A stretch of DNA of 64,000 bases from Saprospiraceae bacterium (GTDB taxonomy: Bacteria; Bacteroidota; Bacteroidia; Chitinophagales; Saprospiraceae): assembly GCA_044226205.1 (NCBI GenBank), contig JBGAHL010000016.1, positions 8,208 to 72,207 on the forward strand, given 5' to 3'. The translations under genes were made by a program, and so were the position numbers. The notes beneath the pieces are model-generated. The model did not search any database and was not told the origin of the DNA. It saw only the letters and a list, made by a program, of their open reading frames with translations. This document shows, piece by piece, positions 34,746 to 43,828 of the stretch. Each line of letters begins with the position of its first letter. Position 1 is the first letter of the stretch.

Positions 34746-37187
34746 TCACACCGGATCGACATCCACCGCGACCTGCACCTGCCCAAAGCCTTTTTCGCCA
34801 ACGACGATCTCCGTGGTCGCCCTGATCAGGTTTTTGGTCCACAGCAGCAGACGGGCGTCCTTTTCCAGTTTAAGCAAAATATCCTGTCCGTACAGACCGC
34901 GCAACCGTGAAATCGGCGGCTGAACCGGCCCCAGCACCCGCTCGCCGAGTTTTTCCCTCAACACACGGGCAAACAGCGCGGCGGCGGCTTGCACGGTTCT
35001 TTCCTCCTTGTGGCGCAGGGTGAGCTGGATCATTCGTACAAAAGGCGGATAATTGAACTCCCGGCGTTCGGCCAGTTCGCGCCGCAGGTGACCGGCAAAA
35101 TCGCCGCTCAGCACTTCCTGCAGCACCGGGTGGGTAGGGTTGTAGGCCTGGAGCAGCACGCGCCCGCGTTTGTTTTTGCGGCCCGCACGTCCGGCAACCT
35201 GCGTCAGCAATTGGTAAGCGCGTTCACCCGCACGGAAGTCGGGGAAGCGCACGAGTTGATCGGCGCCGAGCACGCCGACCAGCCCGACATTTTCGAAATC
35301 GAGGCCTTTGGTCACCATTTGTGTGCCGACGAGCACGTCGAGTTCTTTTTCTTCAAATGCCGCGAGCAACGCGCCTAGACTGGTTTTCGATCCGGCCGTA
35401 TCGAGATCAAGCCGCCCAACGCGGGCTTCGGGCAAGAGGAGTTTGAGGTCGTCCTCGATCTTTTCCGTGCCGAATCCGAGCAGGGTCACCTTGCCGCTGC
35501 CGCAGGCCGGGCAAACCTTCACGGGCTCCTGCTGGTAGCCGCAATAATGGCAACGAAGCCGGTCGCTGAACTTGTGGTAGGTCAGGCTGACGTCGCAATG
35601 GCGGCACTGGGCCGTCCAGCCGCACACCTGACATTCCATGATAGGAGCGAATCCGCGGCGATTCTGGAACAGGATGACCTGTTCGCCGTTGGCGAGTGCT
35701 GCTTGCAGGCTGTCGAGCAGGGCGCTTGAAAAAATACCCTGCATGCGGCGGGTTTTTAGTTGATCGCGCAGGTCGACAGTGTCGATTTCGGGCATTTCCA
35801 CGCCGCCGAAGCGCTCGCGAAGTTCGACGAGGCCGTATTTGCCGCTGCTGGCGTTGAAATAGGTTTCGAGCGCAGGGGTGGCAGTGCCCAGCAAGACTTT
35901 GGCGCCGTACAGTCCGGCCAGGTAAATAGCCGTGTCGCGGGCGTGGTAGCGGGGAGCGGGGTCGTATTGTTTGAACGAAGGGTCGTGCTCTTCGTCTACG
36001 ATGACGAGTTGCAGGTTTTGAAAAGGCAAAAAAAGCCCGGAGCGCGCGCTCAGGATCACCGGCTGGCCGGCGGCGGTATTGCGCCAGAGTTCGACGCGTT
36101 CGTGGTAATTTATTTTTGAGTGATAAACCGAGATGTCGCCACCCAGTACTTTTTTTAAACGGTTGATAATCTGGGTAGTAAGGGCGATTTCCGGCAAAAG
36201 ATAAAGCACCTGGCCGCCTTGCCGGATGGTCTGCTGAATGAGTTCGACGTACACCCGGGTTTTGCCCGAGCCGGTGACGCCGTGGAGCAGTACCACGTTT
36301 TTTTCACGAAAATGCGCTTCGATCTCTTCCAATGCCCGTTGCTGGTGCGGCGAGAGCTCGCCGGCTTCGGCAAATTCGTCGTCGTAACCGGCCACACGGC
36401 TCACTTCGCGTTCAAAAATTTCAAGGATGCCATTTTTGACCAGGGTGTTTAGCGAGGAGGGGGAGGCGCCGGATTTTTTCAGCAATTCGGACCGCCGGAC
36501 GAGGGGTTGTTGCCTCGACAGGTGCAGATAGGCCAGCAGGGCTTCCATCTGTTTCTCCCGTTTTTCCAGTTCTGCCATTACTTCGCGCAGCTGTTCAGGC
36601 GCCGAACGGTAGGGCTCGGCCAGCCGCACGGCCGTGATCATGCGGGGCCGGTATTTTTCCTGCAAATCTTCCCGCAAAAACAACAGCCCGCGATTGAGCA
36701 GGCGCTGGATGACGGGGAAAACCGTCTTTTTGTTCAGGATTTTGCGCACGTCGTCGATGGAAACGGCATTCTGGATTTGCAGGGCTTCGGCCACCAGGTA
36801 CTCGTCGTCGTCGAATTCGCCGAAGTCGTCGCCATAGGACGGATTCAGTACCACTTTCGTCTCGCTGGTCAGTTTGAGGTGGCCGGGCATGGCCGCAGCC
36901 ATCACTTCACCGAGCGTGCAGCAATAATATTCGGAGAGCCAGTCCCACATTTTCAGTTGCTGCGGGCTCACTACGGAGACCTCATCGAGCACTGCCTGAA
37001 TGCTTTTGACGCGATAATCGGGCTTTTCATCGTGGACACGCTCCACCAGACCGCTGTACAGTTTGCTGGGCCCGAACTGCACCTCGACGCGAACGCCTTT
37101 CTGGATGTAGGCAGCGAGGCTGTCCGGCACCGCGTAGGTGTAGGTGCGTTTGGGCAGGGCAAGCGGCAGGATAATATCGGCGTACAT
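34746..37187 (-). CDS. priA: primosomal protein N' (replication restart helicase)
   Basis: Start taken at MYADIILPLALP (Met45). Walker A GVTGSGKT, DEAH-type VDEEHD and the Cys-rich zinc region CQVCGW..CRHC...CHYCG...CPACGS are present. Confidence 0.92.
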   Translation of the reverse strand: MYADIILPLALPKRTYTYAVPDSLAAYIQKGVRVEVQFGPSKLYSGLVERVHDEKPDYRVKSIQAVLDEVSVVSPQQLKMWDWLSEYYCCTLGEVMAAAMPGHLKLTSETKVVLNPSYGDDFGEFDDDEYLVAEALQIQNAVSIDDVRKILNKKTVFPVIQRLLNRGLLFLREDLQEKYRPRMITAVRLAEPYRSAPEQLREVMAELEKREKQMEALLAYLHLSRQQPLVRRSELLKKSGASPSSLNTLVKNGILEIFEREVSRVAGYDDEFAEAGELSPHQQRALEEIEAHFREKNVVLLHGVTGSGKTRVYVELIQQTIRQGGQVLYLLPEIALTTQIINRLKKVLGGDISVYHSKINYHERVELWRNTAAGQPVILSARSGLFLPFQNLQLVIVDEEHDPSFKQYDPAPRYHARDTAIYLAGLYGAKVLLGTATPALETYFNASSGKYGLVELRERFGGVEMPEIDTVDLRDQLKTRRMQGIFSSALLDSLQAALANGEQVILFQNRRGFAPIMECQVCGWTAQCRHCDVSLTYHKFSDRLRCHYCGYQQEPVKVCPACGSGKVTLLGFGTEKIEDDLKLLLPEARVGRLDLDTAGSKTSLGALLAAFEEKELDVLVGTQMVTKGLDFENVGLVGVLGADQLVRFPDFRAGERAYQLLTQVAGRAGRKNKRGRVLLQAYNPTHPVLQEVLSGDFAGHLRRELAERREFNYPPFVRMIQLTLRHKEERTVQAAAALFARVLREKLGERVLGPVQPPISRLRGLYGQDILLKLEKDARLLLWTKNLIRATTEIVVGEKGFGQVQVAVDVDPV

Positions 37188-37450
37188 GCGAAAAAGAAGA
37201 GAGGAGAAAGAATCCGTGCAGCAAATTTGAAACAAATTATTTGCAATGGGCCCCGGTTTTTTTATCTTCCGAGGCCGGGCGAAGCACTGCTCCTTCAAGA
37301 TGTTAAAAAATTCTCGCAAAATGAACTCATAACATAAACGTTAAGTTTTACTTTTGTGCAAACAAGAGCGCTGGGTACGCGGGTCTTTCCGGGTATCCAC
37401 TTTTTTTTGCCCTGTTTGGGCGGTATTTTTTAACAAAACAACTTGATTCA

Positions 37451-38104
37451 TTGGCATTAAAACCTTCCTATCCTTCCCGGCCGGGCGGTAACCGGCCCGG
37501 AGGCAACCGGCCCGGAGGCGGTGGTCGTCCTTACGACCGGCGTTTCCCGCAAGCACCCGAACACAACATCAACGAATACATCCGTGCCCCCGAGGTGCGT
37601 TTGGTTGGCGACAACCTGGCGGAAATCAGCGAGGCTGTCGGGCAAAACGTAGAGACGGGCATTTTTCCCACGGGCACCCTGCGGCGCTGGGCCGAAGAAA
37701 TGGGACTCGACGTGGTGGAAATCACCCCGAACGCCGAGCCGCCGGTCGTCCGAATTACCGACTACAACAAGTTCCTTTACCAGAAGAAAAAACGCGAAAA
37801 GGAACTGAAAGCCAATGCGGTCAAGCAGGAACTGAAAGAGATCCGCTTTGGTCCCGAAACCGGCGAACACGACTTCGAATTCAAACTGCGGCATGCCAAA
37901 AACTTCCTCGCGGAAGGCAACAAGGTGAAAGCCTACGTGCAATTCCGGGGCCGAGCCATCATGTTCAAAGACCGTGGCGAATTATTGTTGCTGCGTTTTA
38001 TCAAAGAACTCGAAGAACTGGGCGCCGCCGAACAACTACCCAAACTCGAAGGCAAACGAATGATGGTCATCCTCGCTCCCAAAAAGGGTGTGGTGAAAAA
38101 ATAA
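37451..38104 (+). CDS. infC: translation initiation factor IF-3
   Basis: The blocks [16 protein letters not shown] and [15 protein letters not shown] and the C-terminal domain are present. The ORF as tracked starts at TTG 37451, and there is no in-frame ATG upstream of the conserved core. The N-terminus carries an RPGGN repeat extension. Confidence 0.9.
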   Translation: MALKPSYPSRPGGNRPGGNRPGGGGRPYDRRFPQAPEHNINEYIRAPEVRLVGDNLAEISEAVGQNVETGIFPTGTLRRWAEEMGLDVVEITPNAEPPVVRITDYNKFLYQKKKREKELKANAVKQELKEIRFGPETGEHDFEFKLRHAKNFLAEGNKVKAYVQFRGRAIMFKDRGELLLLRFIKELEELGAAEQLPKLEGKRMMVILAPKKGVVKK

Positions 38105-38182
38105 GTGGAAAAGATCAGGCCGCAGGCATCTTACACGGCCAACTTTTTTCCCTGCATTCTTTTGTCGTTCGCCGGGAGCGGT

Positions 38183-38190
38183 TACCTTTG
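38183..38190 (+). promoter_or_regulatory. Bacteroidota -7 box (TAccTTTG) upstream of rpmI
   Basis: TACCTTTG lies 30 nt upstream of the ATG at 38221. Confidence 0.4.
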
Positions 38191-38220
38191 CGCTCCATTT
38201 TCAAAAAATACTGATTTATC

Positions 38221-38415
38221 ATGCCGAAAATGAAAACCCACTCCAGCGCCAAGAAGCGTTTCAAGGTGACTGGCACGGGTAAAATCAAGCGTAATCGGGC
38301 TCGTATGCGCCACCTGATGCGCAAAAAAACGACAAAAGCCAAGCGCCACCTGCGCAACGGAGTGATCGTGGATCAATCCGAACACGCACGTATCGAGCGC
38401 CTGCTGGCTATGTAA
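38221..38415 (+). CDS. rpmI: 50S ribosomal protein L35
   Basis: Begins MPKMKTHSSAKKRFKVTGTGKIKR, typical of L35. Length is 64 aa. Confidence 0.95.
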   Translation: MPKMKTHSSAKKRFKVTGTGKIKRNRARMRHLMRKKTTKAKRHLRNGVIVDQSEHARIERLLAM

Positions 38416-38540
38416 TTCAGCGCATAATGTCCCGTTTTTAGCGGGAGATTAGAACCTTATTTTTTAACGAGAATTTCGGAAAAAGCATTTGTCGGCCTTT
38501 TGCGCCTCAAATCCCGGAATTGCACTAAAAAAATTCGCTC

Positions 38541-38891
38541 ATGCCAAGAGCTACCAACAACCCGGCCAGCCGCGCCCGCCGGAAAAGAATTATGCTCGCC
38601 GCCCGCGGTTATTTCGGCGCGCGTTCCAAAGTTTACACCGTTGCCAAGAACACCCTTGAAAAAGGCTGGCAGTACGCTTTCCGCGACCGCAAGTTCAAAA
38701 AACGCGTGTACCGCCGCCTGTGGATCGCCCGTATCAACGCTGCAACGCGTGCTCAGGGCATCACGTACAGCCGCTTTATTCATGCCTTGTCTGAAAAAGA
38801 CATTGCCCTGAACCGCAAAGCCCTGGCTGACCTGGCCCTCAACCACCCGGCAACGTTCAAAGCCATCGTCGATTCGGTGAAGAACAAATAA
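38541..38891 (+). CDS. rplT: 50S ribosomal protein L20
   Basis: [30 protein letters not shown] and WIARINAA are typical of L20. The infC-rpmI-rplT gene order is canonical. Confidence 0.95.
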   Translation: MPRATNNPASRARRKRIMLAARGYFGARSKVYTVAKNTLEKGWQYAFRDRKFKKRVYRRLWIARINAATRAQGITYSRFIHALSEKDIALNRKALADLALNHPATFKAIVDSVKNK

Positions 38892-38935
38892 GCCGTTTTA
38901 CGGGTCTGGTACCCGAAATTCCGGCCTGCCATTTT

Positions 38936-38976
38936 CGCGAGCCATCCTGATCGATCAGGATGGCTCGCGTTTTTTT
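38936..38976 (+). terminator. rho-independent terminator of the infC-rpmI-rplT cluster
   Basis: A perfect 34-nt palindrome cgcgagccatcctgatcgatcaggatggctcgcg is followed by T7. Confidence 0.8.
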
Positions 38977-39117
38977 GCCGCCCTGCAAGGCTTCAGAAAT
39001 TACTTTTTTGACAAATCCCTTTCTTTTGTTGCGCTCCAATCGGAGAATTACCGGAACTTCGGCTTCTGTTTCCAAACCGATTAAACATTTAACCTTACTT
39101 ACACTTTGCTTTACCCT

Positions 39118-39903
39118 ATGAAAAAAGCACTACTCTCCTTTGTTCTGCTCTGTGTCGCAGGTTTTGTTTCAGCCCAGGACTGCCAGGTGGATTCCAGCCT
39201 TCTGCAAACCGGCGGCTTGCTTTCTCCCACCCCGTATTCCGATCAAAATCCGCAGTACAACCTCGCTGTTGCCTGTATCGGATCGCCGTACAACCAATCG
39301 GTCACCGTCAATGTGCCTTCTACTTTTTCGGGCTTCCCGATCGATAGCGTAGGCATCGCGGCAGCGGGCGCCATTGGCAACCTGCCGGCTGGCCTGCAGT
39401 ACAGCTGCGAGCCGCCGAACTGCATTTTCTACCCGGGCACACTCGGCTGTATCCTCATGTACGGCACGCCCAGCGGCTCCAACCCTGCCCCCGACACACT
39501 CGATCTTACCATCACCGCGACGGTTTACACCCCGCTGATCGATATTCCGATCGGTTTTCCGGGTCAGGCCGCCCCGGGCAACCACTACTACCTGATCCTC
39601 AACCAGGCAGGTAACTGCGCCAGCGCGGCTACCGAACCGTCCGGCGCAATCAGCAGCCTCAAAAGCGCCCCCAACCCGTTCAGCGTCCAGACGACCATCG
39701 AAGTGGTATCCGTTCAGGCCGGCCAGTTCCAGTTCGAAGTATTCGATCTGCTCGGCCAGCGTGTTTTCTTTGAAAACATCCGCCTCGTGGAAGGTTCCAA
39801 CACCTTCACCTTCGATGCCGGCGACCTTGCCAACGGCTCCTACTTCTACAGCATCGGCAATGGCGAAGGCAAATTGTCGAAAATGTTCGTCGTAGCGCGA
39901 TAG
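39118..39903 (+). CDS. secreted hypothetical protein with T9SS CTD
   Basis: The signal peptide is MKKALLSFVLLCVAGFVSAQ. The C-terminus is APNPFSVQTTIEVV...GSYFYSIGNGEGKLSKMFVVAR. Confidence 0.65.
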   Translation: MKKALLSFVLLCVAGFVSAQDCQVDSSLLQTGGLLSPTPYSDQNPQYNLAVACIGSPYNQSVTVNVPSTFSGFPIDSVGIAAAGAIGNLPAGLQYSCEPPNCIFYPGTLGCILMYGTPSGSNPAPDTLDLTITATVYTPLIDIPIGFPGQAAPGNHYYLILNQAGNCASAATEPSGAISSLKSAPNPFSVQTTIEVVSVQAGQFQFEVFDLLGQRVFFENIRLVEGSNTFTFDAGDLANGSYFYSIGNGEGKLSKMFVVAR

Positions 39904-39910
39904 TTTTTTT

Positions 39911-39988
39911 AGTGATGAGTGATGAGTGATGAACGATGAGTTTTACGATTGGAATAAACTCATCACTCATCACTCATCACTCATCACT
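39911..39988. repeat. long hairpin built from GTGATGA heptamer repeats (terminator-like)
   Basis: The left arm is agtgatgagtgatgagtgatgaacgatgagttt (39911-39943). The right arm 39956-39988 is its reverse complement with 2 mismatches. The loop contains ttttacgatt, and TCTTTT follows. Confidence 0.7.
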
Positions 39989-40089
39989 TCTTTTAATCGG
40001 CTTGTGAAAAGTTGTTGCCGCCTTCGGACCGACCGTCCATTCTCTCCTTTTTTGCAACATAATTTTATCACAAACCAACCCCGTTGCTT

Positions 40090-41898
40090 ATGCGACAAAT
40101 CGCGCTTTCCCTTTTGCTGGGCGTATTTGCCATTTCCGCGCTCTCTGCCCAAATCGGCTGCCCCGGCTGCCAAACCAACCTGCCTCCTCTTCCTGCCGAT
40201 ACCCTTTATCTTCAAAATTTGCCGGATGGCGAACAAGGGCAGACGTACGATCACGACATCTCTTTTCGCGTTCCCAAAACCACCACGCCGGTCAATGCTG
40301 TAGACAGCGTGACACCGCCGGGTCTGCCTATTTCCAAAATTGAAATTGTGTCGCTGGAAGGGCTCCCTCCCGGCCTCAACTGGCAGCCCAGCCAGTGGAG
40401 TTTTCAGACGGATAGCGAAACGGACGGCTGCATCCGTATTTGCGGTACGCCAGAAGTGGCCGATTCGTTCGTCTTGATCGTCAAACTGAAAGCCACGGTC
40501 TTTATCATCACCCAGGAAGCCAGCTTCCCGATGTCGCTGTATATCGCGCCGCCCACGGTAAGCAACGACGGCTTCTCCATGGCGAATTATGCCGGCTGCG
40601 GCAGTACCACGGTGTCGTTTACCAACAATCACCCCTCCGGTGGCAGTCCGGATTACACCTATGCCTGGGATTTTGGCGATGGGACCACATTTGATGGCGA
40701 AAACCCGCCGCCGCACACCTACAATACGCCAGGCGTGTATCCTGTCAATTATTATGCGGCTATCGATACCGGCCGCTACGTACTCAAAAACGCCACCGTC
40801 ATTGATGTCGATTGCGTGGATCAACTGGGGCTCGGAGCCCCCGACCTTTATTTATTGGTAAAAGGCCCGGACGGTCAGTTGCTGTTCGACTCATCACCGG
40901 ATGTAGAAAACACCTCGTTGCCGTTCACATTTCCGGTTGGTTTGGCGCTCGATGCCGGCAATTACACCATCGAGGTGTGGGATGAAGATTCCGGACTGAA
41001 AGGCAGCGACGACCCTTGCGGCACGGTTTCGTTCAATTATTTGAGCAATGACACCCTTGTAGCAGGCGGATTTGAAGTCGCGCTGGTTATCGAAAAACCG
41101 GTGACGGAATTGTTCTCCGTCGATACCGTATTCGTGTACGAGCAGCCTGCCGCCCCGACCGTAACGGCGCCGAACGGCTTGTCCAATTGCACCGGCAACC
41201 CGACCCTGTCGCTGGAATCTTCTTCTACCGACAACAACCAGTGGTTGCTCGATGGCGATCCGCTCGCCGGCGCCACGAGCAACATCTACGTACCGCAAGT
41301 CACCGGCTATTATCAGGTTCAAATTACCAATGCGGAAGGCTGTAAAGCCGTTTCCGACAGCGTTTTGGTTGGGCTTTACACCCCGCCCGCAGAACCCGTT
41401 TTCGCGAATCACCTGAACCTGCTGTATCTGACTGATTCGATTGGCGTTCCGGCTTCGTATGATTTTCAATGGTTCCTGTCCGGCGTCCCGATCCCGGGAG
41501 AAACAGGCTGGACGCTATGTACTGCCGAGAACGGTGTTTATGGTCTGGTTGTGACGGACGCCAACACCGGCTGCTCCAATTTTTTTGCAGGATCGGTTAC
41601 CTACGACCCCAATTACCCCGATTGCATCAGCGGTACGAAGGACATTGCTATTGCGCCTATGAGTCTTTTTCCCAATCCCGCATCTACGGAAGTGACGCTG
41701 CAATGGCAGGAAGGCGGCAATGCCCCCGCTGTTTTGCGCATGTTTGATACTGCAGGCCGTATGGTGAAACAGGAAACGATCCCAGGCGGCGTTCAGGCCC
41801 ACACGTTCTCCTGTTCCGGCTTGTCGCCCGGCGTTTACACCCTTTCGCTGTCCGGCGAACGGAGCCTGTTTGTAGGCCGCTTGGTGATTATGAAATGA
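40090..41898 (+). CDS. PKD-domain protein with T9SS CTD
   Basis: The signal peptide is MRQIALSLLLGVFAISALSAQ. A PKD signature YAWDFGDGTTFDGENPPPHTYNTPGVY is present. The C-terminus is LFPNPASTEVTLQW...GVYTLSLSGERSLFVGRLVIMK. Confidence 0.72.
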   Translation: MRQIALSLLLGVFAISALSAQIGCPGCQTNLPPLPADTLYLQNLPDGEQGQTYDHDISFRVPKTTTPVNAVDSVTPPGLPISKIEIVSLEGLPPGLNWQPSQWSFQTDSETDGCIRICGTPEVADSFVLIVKLKATVFIITQEASFPMSLYIAPPTVSNDGFSMANYAGCGSTTVSFTNNHPSGGSPDYTYAWDFGDGTTFDGENPPPHTYNTPGVYPVNYYAAIDTGRYVLKNATVIDVDCVDQLGLGAPDLYLLVKGPDGQLLFDSSPDVENTSLPFTFPVGLALDAGNYTIEVWDEDSGLKGSDDPCGTVSFNYLSNDTLVAGGFEVALVIEKPVTELFSVDTVFVYEQPAAPTVTAPNGLSNCTGNPTLSLESSSTDNNQWLLDGDPLAGATSNIYVPQVTGYYQVQITNAEGCKAVSDSVLVGLYTPPAEPVFANHLNLLYLTDSIGVPASYDFQWFLSGVPIPGETGWTLCTAENGVYGLVVTDANTGCSNFFAGSVTYDPNYPDCISGTKDIAIAPMSLFPNPASTEVTLQWQEGGNAPAVLRMFDTAGRMVKQETIPGGVQAHTFSCSGLSPGVYTLSLSGERSLFVGRLVIMK

Positions 41899-41902
41899 TG
41901 AT

Positions 41903-42010
41903 AAGGTGGGTTGATGAGGTTGATATAGTTTATTAGGTTGATGAGGTTTATAAGATTGATGGTCAAGTGTTTATAAACCTCGTCAACCTTATAAACCCTA
42001 TCAACCCTAT
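41903..42010. repeat. hairpin element built from GGTTGATGA / GGTTTATAA 9-mers
   Basis: aggttgatgaggtttataag (41935-41954) pairs with ttataaacctcgtcaacct (41971-41989). Additional ggttgat and ttataaacc units flank the stem. Confidence 0.55.
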
Positions 42011-42011
42011 T

Positions 42012-42050
42012 AAAAAAGAGCCGTCATGTCGAACATGGCGGCTCTTTTTT
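42012..42050. terminator. bidirectional rho-independent terminator
   Basis: An 11-bp stem agagccgtcat/atggcggctct (one G-U pair) is flanked by A5 and T5-6. It lies between convergent genes. Confidence 0.75.
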
Positions 42051-42068
42051 AATAGGGGACGATTCGTT

Positions 42069-43679
42069 TTAGTCGAACATCACGATTTTGGTCATAAAGC
42101 CTTCTTTGAAACTCACCTTGATTACATACAAACCTGAAACAAGCCCGTTGCGTTCGATGGTGAAGTTGTTGGCATTTACGTTGTTGTGCATTTGCACGAG
42201 ACGGCCGGTGCGGTCGTACACCTGAATAGCAAGCATCGGGTGTTCAACTTCGCTGGTCAGACGGATTTCGCTGCTGGCAGGGTTCGGAGCGGCGTTGAGC
42301 GCGATATTTTGTGCCTGCGGCTCGTTCTGGCCAACCACGGCGTCGATGCACTCCTGCAGGCCCAGTGCGAAGCAGGCGCGCGGTGCATAGAAACGCATCA
42401 CCGTATCCACATAAGCGATAGCATAGGCTTTGTCGTTGTTGCAGGTAGCCGGTGCGGCAGGCTGGAAGCTCGTCCATTCCCACGGAGCCGTGGTAGCGGG
42501 CGGGTTGCCCGGCTGAAGGAAGGGATAGAGGCCCGGGGTCGGGTCGGACACATCGACATTGCCCGGCTGGAGCAGGGGAGAGTTGGCAAAAGCGAGTTCC
42601 TGCTCGGCAGTCAGGTCGAACACGACGCCTGCATCAGCAAAAAGCGTATTGTTGCCATAGGCCTCGGCTTTTTGCTGGGCGAAGTAGCTGCCCACTACGC
42701 GAACAACCTGCAGGGGCGTGCCCGGAACGTTCACGATACCTTCATTGTAAGGAGCATAGATGTCGGTCGGTACGTGATAGGAGATCATCGGCGGTTGGCC
42801 GGGGCTAAGCCAGGTTGAGTCGCCGACAGCGCCGGCCATGTTGACGCAGAGCTGGAAATCGGAGGAATAGCCCACGTGGTTGGGATAGCACAGGGTATCG
42901 AGGCCGTTGGGCGCCGATGCGTTGGGTACCTGGCCTACGCTGGTGCCGTAGATGTCGCCGTTGACCGGTTCGATGATCATCGGGATCGGCGGCGTGTTGG
43001 GATTCTGGTCGTGGTCCCAAACGAATTTACCACCCGAGGCAGTCGGGATTTTGAGGTAATTATCGAGCGCCGCAGTGTTCAGCGTGATGTAACCGCCCGT
43101 GCCCTGGCCCCAAAGCACGATTTTGTTGGGGTCGATGCCCCAGGGGTTGCCGGCTTCGGCAACGGTTTTGCGGAAATAGCGAATGGCCGTACGGGCATCC
43201 TGAACGCCGCGATAGGCAGCGTTGATCAGGCCGTAACGGCGGTCAACGTCGGTCGGAGCAAGAGGGTTCCAGCCGAGACGGTAGTCGACGGAAGCAACTA
43301 CATAACCCATGCTGGCCAGGCGATGTGCGGCTTCCACAGGGAAAGAGTCGGTCCGCGTACCGCCGCAGGCGCCGTTAAAGCCGCCTTGCGTGGGGTTGGA
43401 AGGGTTGTAGAAAGGCAGGAAGTTGCCGGTGTGGAAAATGAGCACCAGCGGACGGTTTGTAGCCGTATCGCCTTCCGGACGGTACACGTCGAGTTTCAAT
43501 GCTTCGGGAACAGCCTGACCCAGTACCGAGTAGTACAGCACCGTGGCATTGACCCCGTACACGACTCCGCCGTCTTTTGTCACGTTGTCGAATACAGGCT
43601 GCAGATAGCGGGTTTGTGCCGTGATCATACCAGAGGCGAAGCTGGCAATCAGCAGAAGAAGTACAGGTAATTTTTTCAT
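42069..43679 (-). CDS. alpha/beta-hydrolase-fold (HSL/carboxylesterase-like) protein with T9SS CTD; catalytic Ser apparently absent
   Basis: Start taken at MKKLPVLLLLIASFASGMITAQ (Met31). HTGNF is found where HGGG(F) is expected, and GQGTGG where GDSAGG is expected. The C-terminus is AAPNPASSEIRLTS...GLYVIKVSFKEGFMTKIVMFD. Confidence 0.68.
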   Translation of the reverse strand: MKKLPVLLLLIASFASGMITAQTRYLQPVFDNVTKDGGVVYGVNATVLYYSVLGQAVPEALKLDVYRPEGDTATNRPLVLIFHTGNFLPFYNPSNPTQGGFNGACGGTRTDSFPVEAAHRLASMGYVVASVDYRLGWNPLAPTDVDRRYGLINAAYRGVQDARTAIRYFRKTVAEAGNPWGIDPNKIVLWGQGTGGYITLNTAALDNYLKIPTASGGKFVWDHDQNPNTPPIPMIIEPVNGDIYGTSVGQVPNASAPNGLDTLCYPNHVGYSSDFQLCVNMAGAVGDSTWLSPGQPPMISYHVPTDIYAPYNEGIVNVPGTPLQVVRVVGSYFAQQKAEAYGNNTLFADAGVVFDLTAEQELAFANSPLLQPGNVDVSDPTPGLYPFLQPGNPPATTAPWEWTSFQPAAPATCNNDKAYAIAYVDTVMRFYAPRACFALGLQECIDAVVGQNEPQAQNIALNAAPNPASSEIRLTSEVEHPMLAIQVYDRTGRLVQMHNNVNANNFTIERNGLVSGLYVIKVSFKEGFMTKIVMFD

Positions 43680-43720
43680 TGTCAGAGGATTGTGATGTAG
43701 AATGGTTGGTTGCAATGAAT

Positions 43721-43828
43721 GTTGATTATGGTTGATAAGGGTTGATGAGGGTTTATAAAAATTGATCATTCACGAACAAAATCAACCTTTATAAACCTTT
43801 ATAAACCTTCATAAACCCTTATCAATCA
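43721..43828. repeat. hairpin element built from GGTTGATrAGG / TTTATAAACC units
   Basis: gttgattatggttgataagggttgatgagggtttataaaa lies opposite tttataaacctttataaaccttcataaacccttatcaa. The right end overlaps the stop codon of the TonB-dependent receptor gene. Confidence 0.55.
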
